64,000 nucleotides of DNA. Origin: Octopus vulgaris. Taxonomy: Eukaryota. The position numbers and the translations under genes were made by a program. Positions within the stretch are counted from its first letter, which is position 1, and each line of letters opens with the position of its first letter. The notes below the pieces were generated by a model, which was not told the DNA's origin, ran no database searches, and worked only from the letters and a program-made list of their open reading frames with translations. Of the stretch, positions 1 through 13,018 are shown one piece after another. Location: assembly GCA_951406725.2 (NCBI GenBank), contig OX597821.1, positions 16,802,001 through 16,866,000 on the forward strand. Reading direction: 5' to 3'.

Positions 1-370
1 GAGATGACAGCGAAACTACCGAGATAAAACGGCTGACAGTTTCTTCAAATAATTGGTAAAATAATCGAGTCATTGATTAAATGATACGTCAGGCAATTGA
101 TTTTTAAAATGTTTAACTGGTCGGAGTTAGTCAATTAAATTTCAATAATTTGTTGTTTTTTTTTATCGCCCCGAAAAGATAAATGGCGAAGTTGACCATA
201 GCGCGATTCGAACATTCGAGATAAACACCTGGTAACCATTTTGTCTGACTCCTTAATAATGCTGCCAAACCACTATTCTTAACTGACCTGTAATTAAAAG
301 TGAAATATGAACACCGTGCTGCTGTATTGGCAAAATGACCTTCTTTCAATACATCACATATTATTGGAAG

Positions 371-745
371 CACTCCGTCGGTTACGACGACGAGGGTTCC
401 AGTTGACCCAAATCAACGGAACAGCCTGCTCGTGAAATTAACGTGTAAGTGGCTGAGCACTCCACAGACACGTGTACCCTTAACGTAGTTCTCGGGGATA
501 TTCAGCGTGACACAGAGTGACAAGGCCGGCCCCTTGAAATACAGGTACAACAGAAACAGGAAGTAAGAGTGAGAGAAAGTTGTGGTGAAAGAGTACAGCA
601 GGGATCACCACCATCCCCTGCCGGAGCCTCGTGGGGCTTTAGGTGTTTTCGCTCAATAAACACTCACAATGCCCAGTCTGGGAATCGAAACCGCGATCCT
701 ATGACCGCGAGTCCGCTGCCCTAACCACTGGGCCATTGCGCCTCC
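371..745 (-). mobile_element. tRNA-derived SINE, family B, full length
   Basis: Minus strand starts GGAGGCGCAATGGCCCAGTGGTTAGGGC (A box) with GGTTTCGATTCCC (B box); near-identical copy at 28007-28369; flanked by a 28-bp direct repeat 338-365/746-773 (1 mismatch). Confidence 0.9.
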
Positions 746-1039
746 ACCTTCTTTCAATACATCACATACTATTAACCTTTTTTCAAAATTGTCCAACGCA
801 TCAGCATTGAACGAATTCTATGAATGCAAGTTGTATTTTGTCCTAAAGAGTGTCAGTGGTGACAATATGTCTTTAATATAGAGGACGCTATTATTTACTG
901 TTTTAAAACCCGCTGAATTAAATGACATAAGGGTCATCATGTTCAAAACCTAAGACTAAGCAGCAACAGTGGTTATATTTAGTCCAAATTTAAAGTAAAA
1001 ATGAATTATGGAAGAGTACCGTTTTCAAGAATTTTAGTC

Positions 1040-1385
1040 TAGCTTATCGACCCCAGTACTTAATATTTTTTTATAAAACCCGGTGCTCATTCTAGCGGAC
1101 ACTTCTGCCACGCCGCTAAGTTACGAGGTTTTAAACATATCGACACCGGTTTTTAACACATACACAAAGACACACACACGCATAAAACATACAAATATGG
1201 ATACACACACATATATCTATATACCACGAGCTTCTTTCAGTTTCCATCTGCGAAATCTATTTAGACGGATTTGGTCGGCCCAAGGCTACAATATGAGACA
1301 CTTGCCTAAAGTATCACGCATGGGACTGAATCCATAAACATTTAATTGGGAAGCAAGCTTCTTCTCACACACCCACTCCTGTGGC
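1040..1385 (-). mobile_element. degenerate SINE family A copy
   Basis: Diverged match to family A blocks (cttctttcagtttcc, ggtcggccc, gggactgaa). Confidence 0.7.
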
Positions 1386-1819
1386 TATTATTAAGCATTC
1401 ATAAGAATATCTTCATACTTTTCAAATGAATGTATTGTTTAAAATGATAGATCCGTCCTCTCTTCGAGACACATATATTATTGATATCACCTTCATTAAG
1501 CAATGTGAAATACTACTTCTGATGTTCAGTTACATTGAAAACAATCGCCTTAACATCTTCGAGAATGGTGCTGAACCATTGCTGTTAAAGCAATTAAAAT
1601 ATTTCGACACTAACTGTCCGACATTTATTGCATTTAATATTCACCCTATGTCGACATTCGTATATGACACATTTTTTTGTGGTTTTTGTTTTTTTCTAAT
1701 TTTCTGTTTTAGCAGATCTTTGATGAATAACGTTCAAACTATAACACTCAGGTGTACTTTTATACGTCTGACTAAATGCATCCAGAACTATATTATGTAT
1801 TATCTTCTTTTCATGAATA

Positions 1820-2205
1820 TAGGCGCAGGAGTGTCTGTGTGGTAAGTAGCTAGCTTACCAGCCACATGGTTCCGGGTTCAGTCCCACTGCGTGGCACTTT
1901 GGGCAAGTGTCTTCTACTATAGCCTCGGGTTGACTAAAGCTTTGTGAATGGATTTGGTAGACGGAAACTGAAAGAAGCCCGTTGTATATATGTATATATA
2001 TATATGTGTGTGTGTGTATGTTTATGTGTTTGTGTTTGTCCCCACAACGTCCCCGTAACTTACCAGTTCAGCAACAGAAGCCGATAGAATAAAATACTTG
2101 GCTTACAGAGAATAAGTCCTGGGGTCGATTTGCTCGACTAAAGTCGGTGCTCCAGCATGGCCGCAGCCAAATGACTAAAACAAGTAAAAGAGTAAAAGGG
2201 AGAGT
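1820..2205 (+). mobile_element. tRNA-derived SINE, family A
   Basis: Head AGGCGCAGGAGTG..GTGTGGTAAG with B box GGTTCAGTCCC, internal TA/TG microsatellite, tail AAGTAAAAGAGTAAAAG; many copies in the window. Confidence 0.9.
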
Positions 2206-3164
2206 ATAAGAAACTGATGATTTGAGAGATATCTGTCGCCATTTTACAAGTCATACGGATATTACTTGTAACGCTTGTCTTTAGCAAATTCTATTTTCCT
2301 CTCCAAAACACTTTCGACCAAAGCGGTCATCAAATATTTATAGAGAAAAAACGAATTTCGTTGAAAATAGCAAAAACATTCTCATACGAAACTGATTCTA
2401 AAAGTTTACTCAAACAAAGAAAATATTTGACGCATCAGCAGAACCATGGTTAACTAGTTTTATTTGTTTATCTTCACGGGAGCAATTATATTTTAGGTGT
2501 GCAGATTTCATGCATAGTTTCTTTAAACCAGAGTAATATATTTTTAAAGATGCTTTCAGAAACCACACTTGCTCTTGAAGCTTTGTAATTGTGTAATTAT
2601 TTGGAGATCTGAAACCTTGGACAGCTACTATTAATTTTGGAGCATCAAGACAATAGCGATCCATACTATTATGAGTGTAAATGATGAATTAGTATAACTG
2701 GTAGAAATCCGAGCAAAAATATGTGTATGTCTTCTGGTATTTAATTATGTCTCTCCTGCATTTTCAATTCAAATTTTCTCGCCGCTAACTGCCTAATTCA
2801 TAATTCATGTTTTTCAGAGTTTATGAAGTAATTACTGGGCAAGTAATCACCTACACTTCCTCGCAAAATGCATTTTAGGAGATATTGACAATTCTCAATT
2901 CCGCCTGTCTTTTTTTTTATGGTAAGCATAGTGTATGTGACACTTAAGGTTAAGCAAACATCTACGCAACCACATGACCCAAATTAGATGTTATTGAGCA
3001 TCATATTGATGAATTATATTCGTGACTAAGGGTAGGCCATCGATTCCTCCTATGTTAAATGAGCAAGAAGTCGTGTATGTGTGTGTGTATGTGCGCGCGC
3101 GTATCTGTATGTGCGTGTCTATGGCTGTGCTTATACGTATGTGTAAATATATATATATATACAT

Positions 3165-3399
3165 ATATACTCTTTTACTTGTTTCAATCATTCGACTGTG
3201 GCCATGCTGGAGCACCGCCTTTAGTCGAGCAAATTGACCCCAGGACTTATTCTTTGTAAGCCTAGTACTTATTCTATCGGTGCCTTTTGCCGAACCGTTA
3301 GGTTACGGGGATGTAAGCACACCGGCATCGGTTGTCAAGCGATGTTGGGGGCACAAACACAGACACACAAACATATACACACACATACATGTATACATA

Positions 3400-3439
<40 letters not shown>

Positions 3440-3555
3440 ACAGGCTTCTTTCGGTTTCCATCTACCAAATCCACTCTCAAGGCTTTGGTCGGCCCGAGGC
3501 TTTAGTAGAAGACAACAAGGTGCTACGCAGTGGGACTGAACCTGGAACCATGTCA
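3165..3555 (-). mobile_element. SINE family A, 5'-truncated
   Basis: Reverse complement of family A body and tail (tactcttttacttgtttc ... gggactgaacctggaaccatgt). Confidence 0.85.
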
Positions 3556-3645
3556 AAGCAAGATCATAATATAAATACATAAACGCATATATGTATATGT
3601 ATGCCTGTGAGTGTGTATGTATATGTGTGTGTGTGTGTGTGTGTG

Positions 3646-3880
3646 CAGGCGCGTGGCTTAGTGGTTAGGGTGTCAGCCTCATGATCTTAAGATTGTGATT
3701 TCGATTCTTGGACCGGGCGACGCTTTGAGCAAAACACTTCATTTCACGTTGCATCAGTCCACTCAGCTGGCGAAAATGAGTAACACCTCGATGGACTGGC
3801 GTCCCGTCCAGCAGGGGAACACATGCGCCATGAAACCCGGAAACCGGGGTCATGATCCTGGCTAGGCTTTAAAAGGGCAC

Positions 3881-3885
<5 letters not shown>
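3646..3885 (+). mobile_element. tRNA-derived SINE, family C (V-domain-like 3' part)
   Basis: Head GGCGCGTGGCTTAGTGGTTAGGG with B-box-like TTCGATTC; 3' part GATGGACTGGCGTCCCGTCCAG shared with the element at 29475-29780. Confidence 0.75.
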
Positions 3886-3936
<51 letters not shown>

Positions 3937-3939
<3 letters not shown>

Positions 3940-4388
3940 CAAAAAGGGTAATAACATAAGTTATTAATACCAGTGGCCTAGCACAAAAGACGAATTAGTC
4001 ATTAGACAATATACTATTCATATAGAAATATAATAAAGGCTCCCAAATAAAGAAGCAACTGCTAAAACGCAAAGAGGGATAAATTCATCAAAGGAATGAA
4101 AATCAAAAACATTTACCATTATAGATGTATCCCAGACTGATCAGTTTCTACAAACCGTTAGAGCTACACGTGCTCTAACGCTCTGTGTATCTAGGATTTA
4201 GAAGGCTACCCACTGACAAACCTTGCCTTAGCAAACATATTCTGTAAGTTTTGCTAGAAAGAGGTAGAAACTGATCAGTCTGGGATACATCTGTAATGGT
4301 AAATGTGTTTGATTTTCATTCCATTGATGAATTTATCTCTCTTTGTATTTCTAGCACTTGCTTTCTTATTTGGGAGCCTTTATTATAT
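3937..4388. mobile_element. PLE-type non-coding fold-back insertion in (TA)n
   Basis: Imperfect inverted arms ~4027-4151 and ~4264-4388, extra tail 3937-4026 on the left arm, TA-rich tracts on both sides. Confidence 0.75.
4209..4284 (+). ncRNA. degenerate type I hammerhead ribozyme
   Basis: CCCA-CTGACAA-ACCT...(TAGCAAA/TTTGCTA)...AGGT-A-GAAA-CTGATCAG-TC-TGGG: stem I 4 bp, palindromic stem III, GUC triplet; core has G8>A. Confidence 0.6.
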
Positions 4389-4987
4389 ATATATATATAT
4401 TATATATATATATTATATTATATATTATTATATATATTATATTATATATTATTATATATATTATTATATATATATATTATATATATATTATATATATATA
4501 TATGCACATTTATTCGCTCATAAATGCAGCAGCATCGGCTTTGAAAGTAATAAACTAATTATAGGCTGTGTATTCAGTGTAGATAATGATTTGTCGTATG
4601 TCAGATATCAATCGATCCCATTATACAGAGAGAGAATGCGTTGCATCACTGGTTTTATTTTGGTTAAAGGTTTATTTCTTCTGATAACATTTCTTCCTGA
4701 AAAATAAATACAGTTCACCAAAGGCCTCCAGTTCTCTATGTCCAGCAAAACCTATGTTACGGATAGCTATCTCTGCACAAGAGAATATATTCAATTATAA
4801 GTATACAAAGACATTAGCAACCAACCACAGAGTGACCATAACCGAGATGAAGTTGTCGAATGATATCTGTTAATTACGCTACCTATTTGGAAAATAAACA
4901 AAATATATGTTTATTATAGATGGGATATATTTACTACACATTCATATATGTTTATTGAAAGTACATAACTAAATCAGATTCAAATAA

Positions 4988-5435
4988 TCTATACATATAC
5001 AGTTGAAGTTTTCTGTGTGTGTGTGTGTGTGGCTGGTTTAATAGCCTTCAACTAACACTATCTCCTCCGAGACCCTGTGGCGCAAGTTGATCAAAATTGA
5101 GAGTATGATAGAAGCAGGCTTGCTCTTCATTCCGTAGTAGAAAAAATTCAAATCGAACCATGTTAAGACCAAAAATTATTTACATCAAAAAGGTGCTTTT
5201 TATCTATGAAAACCCCTATTTTTTACAATTTTTTGACTGCTGTGTCGCCATTTTTCGGTGTATTTCAACCGGGAAAATGTTTTCCTTAAAGAGAATAACA
5301 AGCTACATAATGCAAAATTTTTACTTTTCAAAATAGAGTGGAACTATGTCAAAGTTTTGTTAACGTGACATCAAAGTCTGCCGCTTTAAGCGCGACTAAA
5401 AAACAAACCCAAGCAACGCCGGGCTATACTGCTAG
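4988..5435 (+). mobile_element. non-autonomous Helitron
   Basis: 3' end CCCAAGCAACGCCGGG hairpin then CTAG followed by T; same terminus as 15520 and 36225; 5' TC start is approximate. Confidence 0.7.
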
Positions 5436-5895
5436 TAATGTATATGTGAGTATATGCGTGCGACTCTGTGTCTCCGTCGAGAATTTAACTGGGACCATAA
5501 ACACCACCAGGCTTATCTGGTCAGGAGTGATGCTAGCAACGCCGAAGAATAGAAAGTAAATATTTCATCAAAAGGACGAAGGAATTCAACTTTTAGATTC
5601 AACGACTATCAATTAATTCTAAGCGACATTGAATTTTCGGGTTAGTGACCATTTTCTTGTAAATCCACTTGTAGTGGAAACATCTTATGAGCTATGCAAA
5701 GCTGTGTCTACATGTGTACCGCGGTTATAAATCATGAGTTGTTCCCTCGTCAGTAACCTTAATAGACAGCTACACTACGAGAAGTACAACTCAAAAGGAC
5801 TGACATTATGGTACCTGAAAACAACTCGAAGAATCCACGATTGGATTGCAAGATCGGTCATAAATATAGAAATGTTTATGTACGTATGTTTGAAG

Positions 5896-6125
<230 letters not shown>

Positions 6126-6544
6126 TAGTGTAATGTTAATAAACCTAGGTGTCAAGCTATTTTGAATAATGTACCTATTGAATATTCAATGACTTTATAT
6201 GGGATATTCATTGTGATAATATAGTATTTATACTGACATATTCATACGATGGTTCGGTATTTATTGCTGTTTACCATTATTTAATGCCATTTACCTTTAT
6301 TCATTTGTATATTTTCACTTTCAGTCATCCATTTATTCACATCACGCAACTATCAGTAAAAAAGAGAAGAAAAAAATCATATACTAAAAATAATCACAAT
6401 TTTAACATAGCACAAAACAGAAATTGATAAAAATCCTAAAAATTATTAATCGCCCGAAATATCTAACTCAATCTACATCTCTCTTTCTCTTTCTTTCTCT
6501 CTTTCTCTCTCTCTCTCTCTTGCAGTCTCTTTTTCTGTATGTAA

Positions 6545-6586
<42 letters not shown>

Positions 6587-8537
6587 GCATAGTTGGAAGT
6601 GCAAGTCTATTTCACATGCGTGTATGGGTTTGTGTGTGATTTCATGCATGCGTACGTGCTCTTGCATTATATTTTTTGTAATTGATGGCCCTGTTTATTT
6701 CAAATGCAGTTCAGACATGAATGAAATAACAAATCACTCGATAAACACACACATAAATAATATTCATATCTTATGCGAATTATTCATTGAAAATTTTTAT
6801 GTGCGTATATATATATATGTATGCATACATACACACACGCACACACACACACACACGCACACACACATATATATATATATAAATATATATATATACATAC
6901 ATATGTATATACACACATTTGTAAATATAAATTAATATGCTGATGTATATAGAAATATGTTAAAGCAGATAAACACACAAAAATAGCATTCGTGTCTATA
7001 TAAGCCTTTCTGATATATAAATTGCAGCAGGTATTGTCTGATTGCAAATTACCGACTTCTGGTGATGCTACCTTCCAATTTTCTTCAATAGAAACGCAAG
7101 TCAAATAATATTCCTCACGTTTTACCAACATTCTGTTGATCGGTCCTCACTCGGGCGCATTTTTCTCATGTTCTAAATTCATCTTAATATTTTCTGACCA
7201 AATATTATCATGAAGTTTGTCTCCAATTGCCTAAATATTTCAATCGCCCCAACACATTTCGACAGGCAAATACGCACACCGAGCACCAAAGTGGACACAT
7301 TTATCTTCTCATGACTATCCAGCCGAAAGCTTATGCACAACTGTGGTTGCTGATGGTACCTTTAACTGTATGAACGGTGACCCAATTAGAGTTGCATGCA
7401 TGCCTCTTTTATTGATTCTCCTGGTAAGCAAAAAAGACTCTGCCTTCAATATCTTCATGCCCCACCCATATCTAAGACTGGTAAGATCATCTGCTTATAT
7501 CGCTGTTATTAACTCAAAGAGATAGGATGTTGTCTCTACTCAGAGATACCTTTGAATGTTATTTTAAATGATTAATTGAACCTTTAGACAGACCCTGGTT
7601 AATGTCTTAGATGACTTAACAGAATTGAAGCGACATATATCTAAACATCTTAGTAGACCCATGTTTAGTAGTTTTGTATTACTGTCGTTGATTCGGTGAA
7701 TTCTCTCCAACTTTTTTCTTTAATAATTTAAAGTACCAACAATGTATTGTGTACGCTTACTATACATACAGTAGATTAGAAGCACTCTAATACAAGCATC
7801 ACCTGGTATAGTGAATCAGCTGACCATTTACATAGCCTCACTTCTTAAGCTTTACAAACGTGACAGGGTACTCAGAGATTGGGCGCTTTGTAAATACATT
7901 CCCTATTGACTTATGTTCCTTTGGTGTTGAACTTCAGTATTTGAACGAAATATTCACTGTATCAGTCTCAATGGTCATGAAAGGCCCTCAGAGAATATAA
8001 GAATTGTCGTTTACCTCTGACCCATGAAATAAACAGATGTACATATTTATGTACACATATAAGCGCGTATGTGTGTGCATGTGTGTGTATATGTGTGTAT
8101 GTGAGAGAGAGAGATCGTGGGTTATGTATATTATTATTGTTATCTTTTTTTCTTCTTCTTTCAAATTTGCTTCCATTTCTTGCCGAGTGTCTTCTCGAAT
8201 CCTAGGGCAAAGAAACTCATAGTATACGTAGTATATTATTATTATTATTATTATTATTATTATCATTATTATTATTATTATTATTATTATTGAGAAGATG
8301 AAGATGGTTGTGACAGGGTCATCAGCACCTACACTTTGAAGGACTTCCATGAATCCAGTTTCAACTGACTGGACTGCTACAAGTGTGTTAACGTCCGAGG
8401 ATACTACAATGAAAGTGATTAGAGTTTTGGATTTCTCTGAAATTAATAAATGTCTCTCAACAAGTCTCAAAACTTCTGGAATAAACACACACAGAAACAA
8501 ACATGCGTGTGTATGTATATGTATATATGCGTGCGTA

Positions 8538-8591
<54 letters not shown>

Positions 8592-8690
8592 GAGTATGTA
8601 TATATATATATATATATGTATGTATATATGTATATGTGTGCATATATAAATGGATATGTATATATGTATATGTCTGCATATATAAATAAA

Positions 8691-8789
<99 letters not shown>

Positions 8790-10112
8790 GTATGTATGAA
8801 TATATATGTGTATATATGTATGTATATACATATATATATCTATGAATATATATATATGTATGTATTATTTACATTATTAATAAAATGTAGACAGAGGCCA
8901 ACGTCACCACATCATATCAACACCTCCCGTATGAATCTATACGAAATTGATATCAACATAAAATCTATAATCAACATCACAGCATGGTTTCAAGAGAACA
9001 ATTAATACATACTGACCTCTAAATGAGGTGTCGAAATAATAGACAAAATTTTATTGAGGTTATAAACATTCAAAACCGACATCAAATATATAGCACATTT
9101 GTGTACACACACATATATATAAGACTATATATGTATGTGTATGAAATAGAGAGTGTAGTGGGGTGACTTATATATCATTATATCTTACGTAAGTGAAAAG
9201 CAATAGGACACAACGAGTCATAAAGTCGATGATATTTGGTCATTGAAAACAATAAACATTAGACGCCAAAAAAAATAAATAATATTCGCTACGCAAATAA
9301 TTAACTTCAACGAACAAAACTAAAATCGTTTTTTTACGTGAAATGGAATGGAATCTATAACAAATTATATTTCCTGAATATTCTTTAGAAAATCTACTCA
9401 TTGAAATCTTGAAAAGACAGAAACGATAAAAATAAAAGAACAGTTATTAAATTTAGAGATTTAGATACAAAAATGATATCATCTAATATTATTATACAGA
9501 TAAACATGTTTATTTTTTGTTGTTGTTATTGATGTTGTTATTTTCGTAAATGTTCTCTTGTTTTCGTACATCTCTGCTTATAAATAATGCATCTACAACA
9601 GAGTCTGGTATGACTTTGTCTTAGGAACGAAGATTCTTTCTGCTTTCTTTTTCTATTCGAAGATGTCAAGTAGAGTTGAAGATGAATGTCTACAAAGTAG
9701 CTTCTTCATTATTTACCACGAATAATACGTCAGTATATTTTGAACGTATCCATGCAACATCTGTGACCATGTCTTTAAAAGGTTCGCTTCGCAACCTAAT
9801 GGTTTTAACTTCAATGCCATTCTTATCACAACCATGCGTGGACCAAATTCATGTGACTATTTTTTCTTTCTTTCTTTTCTGTAATATCTCTGCTGGTCTG
9901 TACTTTGTTGCAAGATTATATCGATAATATCACTTTTATAAAAGGAATACTGGAGTACACATACGGAAGAAGCTTGTGGTACTTATTTTCGCACATAGAT
10001 TCTTAGTATTTTGTGAATTACACATAACAGGATCTCCCGATCGATAAAGAGAAATTAATGAACTAAATATATTTATTCCATATATGTCTTATACATACAT
10101 ACACACACACAG

Positions 10113-10156
<44 letters not shown>

Positions 10157-10159
<3 letters not shown>

Positions 10160-10499
10160 AAAAAAGGAGATGTCGAACACGAGTGGTGATATATAAAAAA
10201 GGAAATGAAGAAAATGCTGACAAATAGTTGAAGTAATTTAAGTAATTTAATTAGGTGAAAGTTCTTTTTACCGGTTGCGCATTTGTTATGCTTATCAAAA
10301 TATAAAAGAGAGATTAGAGTTCCTTTCTTATAGAATTTTTCCTCTTATCTGGATAAGAGGAAAAATTCTATAAGAAAGGAACTCTAATCTCTCTTTTATA
10401 TTTTGATAAGCATAACAAATGCGCAACCGGTAAAAAGAACTTTCACCTAATTAAATTACTTAAATTACTTCAATTATTTGTCAGCATTTTCTTCATTTC

Positions 10500-10504
<5 letters not shown>
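10157..10504. mobile_element. PLE-type near-perfect palindrome in (TA)n with hammerhead-like motif in each arm
   Basis: Arms 10197-10349 and 10352-10504 (153 bp, one mismatch seen, 2-nt spacer); ~40-nt tail on the left only; motif TTGATAA-GCAT-aacaa-ATGC-GCAA-CCGG-TA at 10403-10432. Confidence 0.8.
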
Positions 10505-10552
<48 letters not shown>

Positions 10553-10568
10553 ATGTATATATGTATAT

Positions 10569-10599
<31 letters not shown>

Positions 10600-10719
10600 T
10601 ATATGTATATATATATATATGTTTTATACATACATACCCACATGTATGTATGTATGTATGTATGTATGTATGTATGTATGTATGTATGTATGTATGTGTG
10701 TATATGCATGCTCGGTTTG

Positions 10720-10912
10720 GTGGTAAGAAGTATGTTTCTGAACCACATCGTTTTGTGGTGACTAAAGCCTTGTAGATTTGGGCAACGGAAACTGAAAAAA
10801 AGTCCGTCATGCATGCATATATGTACCCATGTATATGTGATTGTGTGTGTCTCTGTTTGTCCTCCGTCACCGCTTGACAACTCGCGTTGGTTTGTTTGCA
10901 TCCCCGTAACTA
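10720..10912 (+). mobile_element. partial SINE family A
   Basis: aaagccttgt..gatttgg..acggaaactgaaaaaa and gcttgacaac blocks. Confidence 0.7.
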
Positions 10913-10914
10913 CC

Positions 10915-11600
10915 CCGCCTTAAAATTATTCTCCAGTTGAAGCAATGCATCGGTCCATGTGCGTTTTCCACTATTCGAAATAGTGCTGGAACGCTTGTTA
11001 AGTGATGCTTTTTAATACCTCCGTCGATTTCTTTTCACCTCTTCCACATCTGCAAATTCCGTCGCACAGCTTTCATCATCAATGATGACCTTCGAAACAT
11101 GGTCACGATCAACTTCTCACTGTTATTTCAGTTCAGGAGACGCGTACAGTCATGACTACTCTTGATCTTCCATGAGCAAGCTAGGCACAAATTTTGCTAC
11201 AAATCTTTTCATTCGCAATTCCTTGCTCAAAACTGATTGCCAGAGGCTCCAAGACACACCAGTCATATCAACAACTTCATCAATGTTCTGTAATGGTGCT
11301 CCAAAATCAGTTCATGAATTTTTATATTGTTTTCATTGGTTCGGGAGGTAGACAGATGCCATGATCGAGGATGGTCTTCAAGCGACAAGTGACCATTTCT
11401 TAAGTGTAGAAACCACTCGTAAAACTGTGTTTTGCTCATAGCAGCGCCTTTGTAAGCTGTTCAAAGCATGCCAACTGTTTCGACCGCCGTTCTCCCCAGC
11501 AGAAAACAGAATTTCTCGGATCACGCTATTCCTTCGTTTCCGCCATCGTTTCCCAAATCGACGAACAGATGAGAAGCACTGCAAAACAAAGGCGCACGAC
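10915..11600 (-). mobile_element. mariner transposase relic
   Basis: Minus strand reads IDEVVDMTGVSWSLWQSVLSKELRMKRFVAKFVPSLLMEDQ, resembling the mariner HTH2/WVPxxL linker; internally deleted. Confidence 0.65.
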
Positions 11601-12271
11601 GTGGCAGTACGAGTCTGCAGGATGACGCCAGTGGGCAGACTAATGCCTGAGGGTCGCATCAAGGGGTTCCTAGCTGCATAAGCCCGAACTACAAAGGATT
11701 TGTCCCACAGAGAAGGTTTCCTGTTATTTTTGGGTGACTCCTTGTATATATATATTTGAACATACAAATATGCGTGTGTAGAATTATTTCAATGATTAAC
11801 AGTTCTGATATAAATTCATGTAATAGATACATGTCAATACCCTGTCTTCATAAACAATAGAATGCTGATTACAACCAAACGCTATGTTCTCTCTTACAGT
11901 AGGCCCTCATGTTAAATCTACACATGGGTCTACTACTAACCACATAATTCAACGGATAGATAGCTCAGTTAATGAAACAAATACAAAAATCAATGCCGAA
12001 ACCAACGTTAATCCATTTTTTTCCTTACTAGACACATGCAACACCTATTCATAACCAGAATATAAAATTATACATGCATATATATGTGTATGTTTGTGTG
12101 TGTGTGTACATGCGTGTGTGTAGACATATGCATTTACATAGACGCATACATTTACATACATATATATATGTATATATATGTTTATATATATATGTATGTC
12201 TATATAGATATGTATATTTACACATATATGTATCAATATATATATACATGTGATTGTATACATATATATAT

Positions 12272-12328
<57 letters not shown>

Positions 12329-12716
12329 TACATACATATACTTATATATATATATATATACATTTTTATATACATATACATACATACATATACTTATATA
12401 TATATATATATACATTTTTATATACATATGTGTGTATGATACACCTACAAATCATGTTTAAAAATAAAAACTGTAGAGAATGATGTAAAAAAAATAGCTT
12501 CACATATGCGCAGTATATTCCTACGTACAAGACAGAAAATAAATGTTTTAAAGCTATTATCTAGATGTACGACCATTTTTTCTAAGAATACATTATACAA
12601 AATAATCTATTCCCATATTTATATGTATACATAACTGTTCATTTTTATGAATGTGTTCCCATGAACGTCTTCGTATAGGTGTCGGTGCACATAGATTTAT
12701 ATATATATATATATAT

Positions 12717-12806
<90 letters not shown>

Positions 12807-12922
12807 GGATGTATTTTAAATCGTACAATTTATTTATTGGTGCATTACATATCAGTGTTTGTACATGTTCTTTTGAGTAATTTATGTTTCGGGCGAATTT
12901 ATATGTGCGTATACATGTATAG

Positions 12923-13018
<96 letters not shown>

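Noticed and set aside
1820-1900. tRNA genes at SINE heads
   Set aside because: A and B boxes are present but continue into SINE bodies; no complete cloverleaf or terminator.
2410-2664. 84-aa minus-strand ORF of normal composition
   Set aside because: No recognisable domain or splice context; could be a decayed transposon but cannot be supported.
7030-7960. Possible decayed LINE coding sequence
   Set aside because: No diagnostic motif could be read with confidence.
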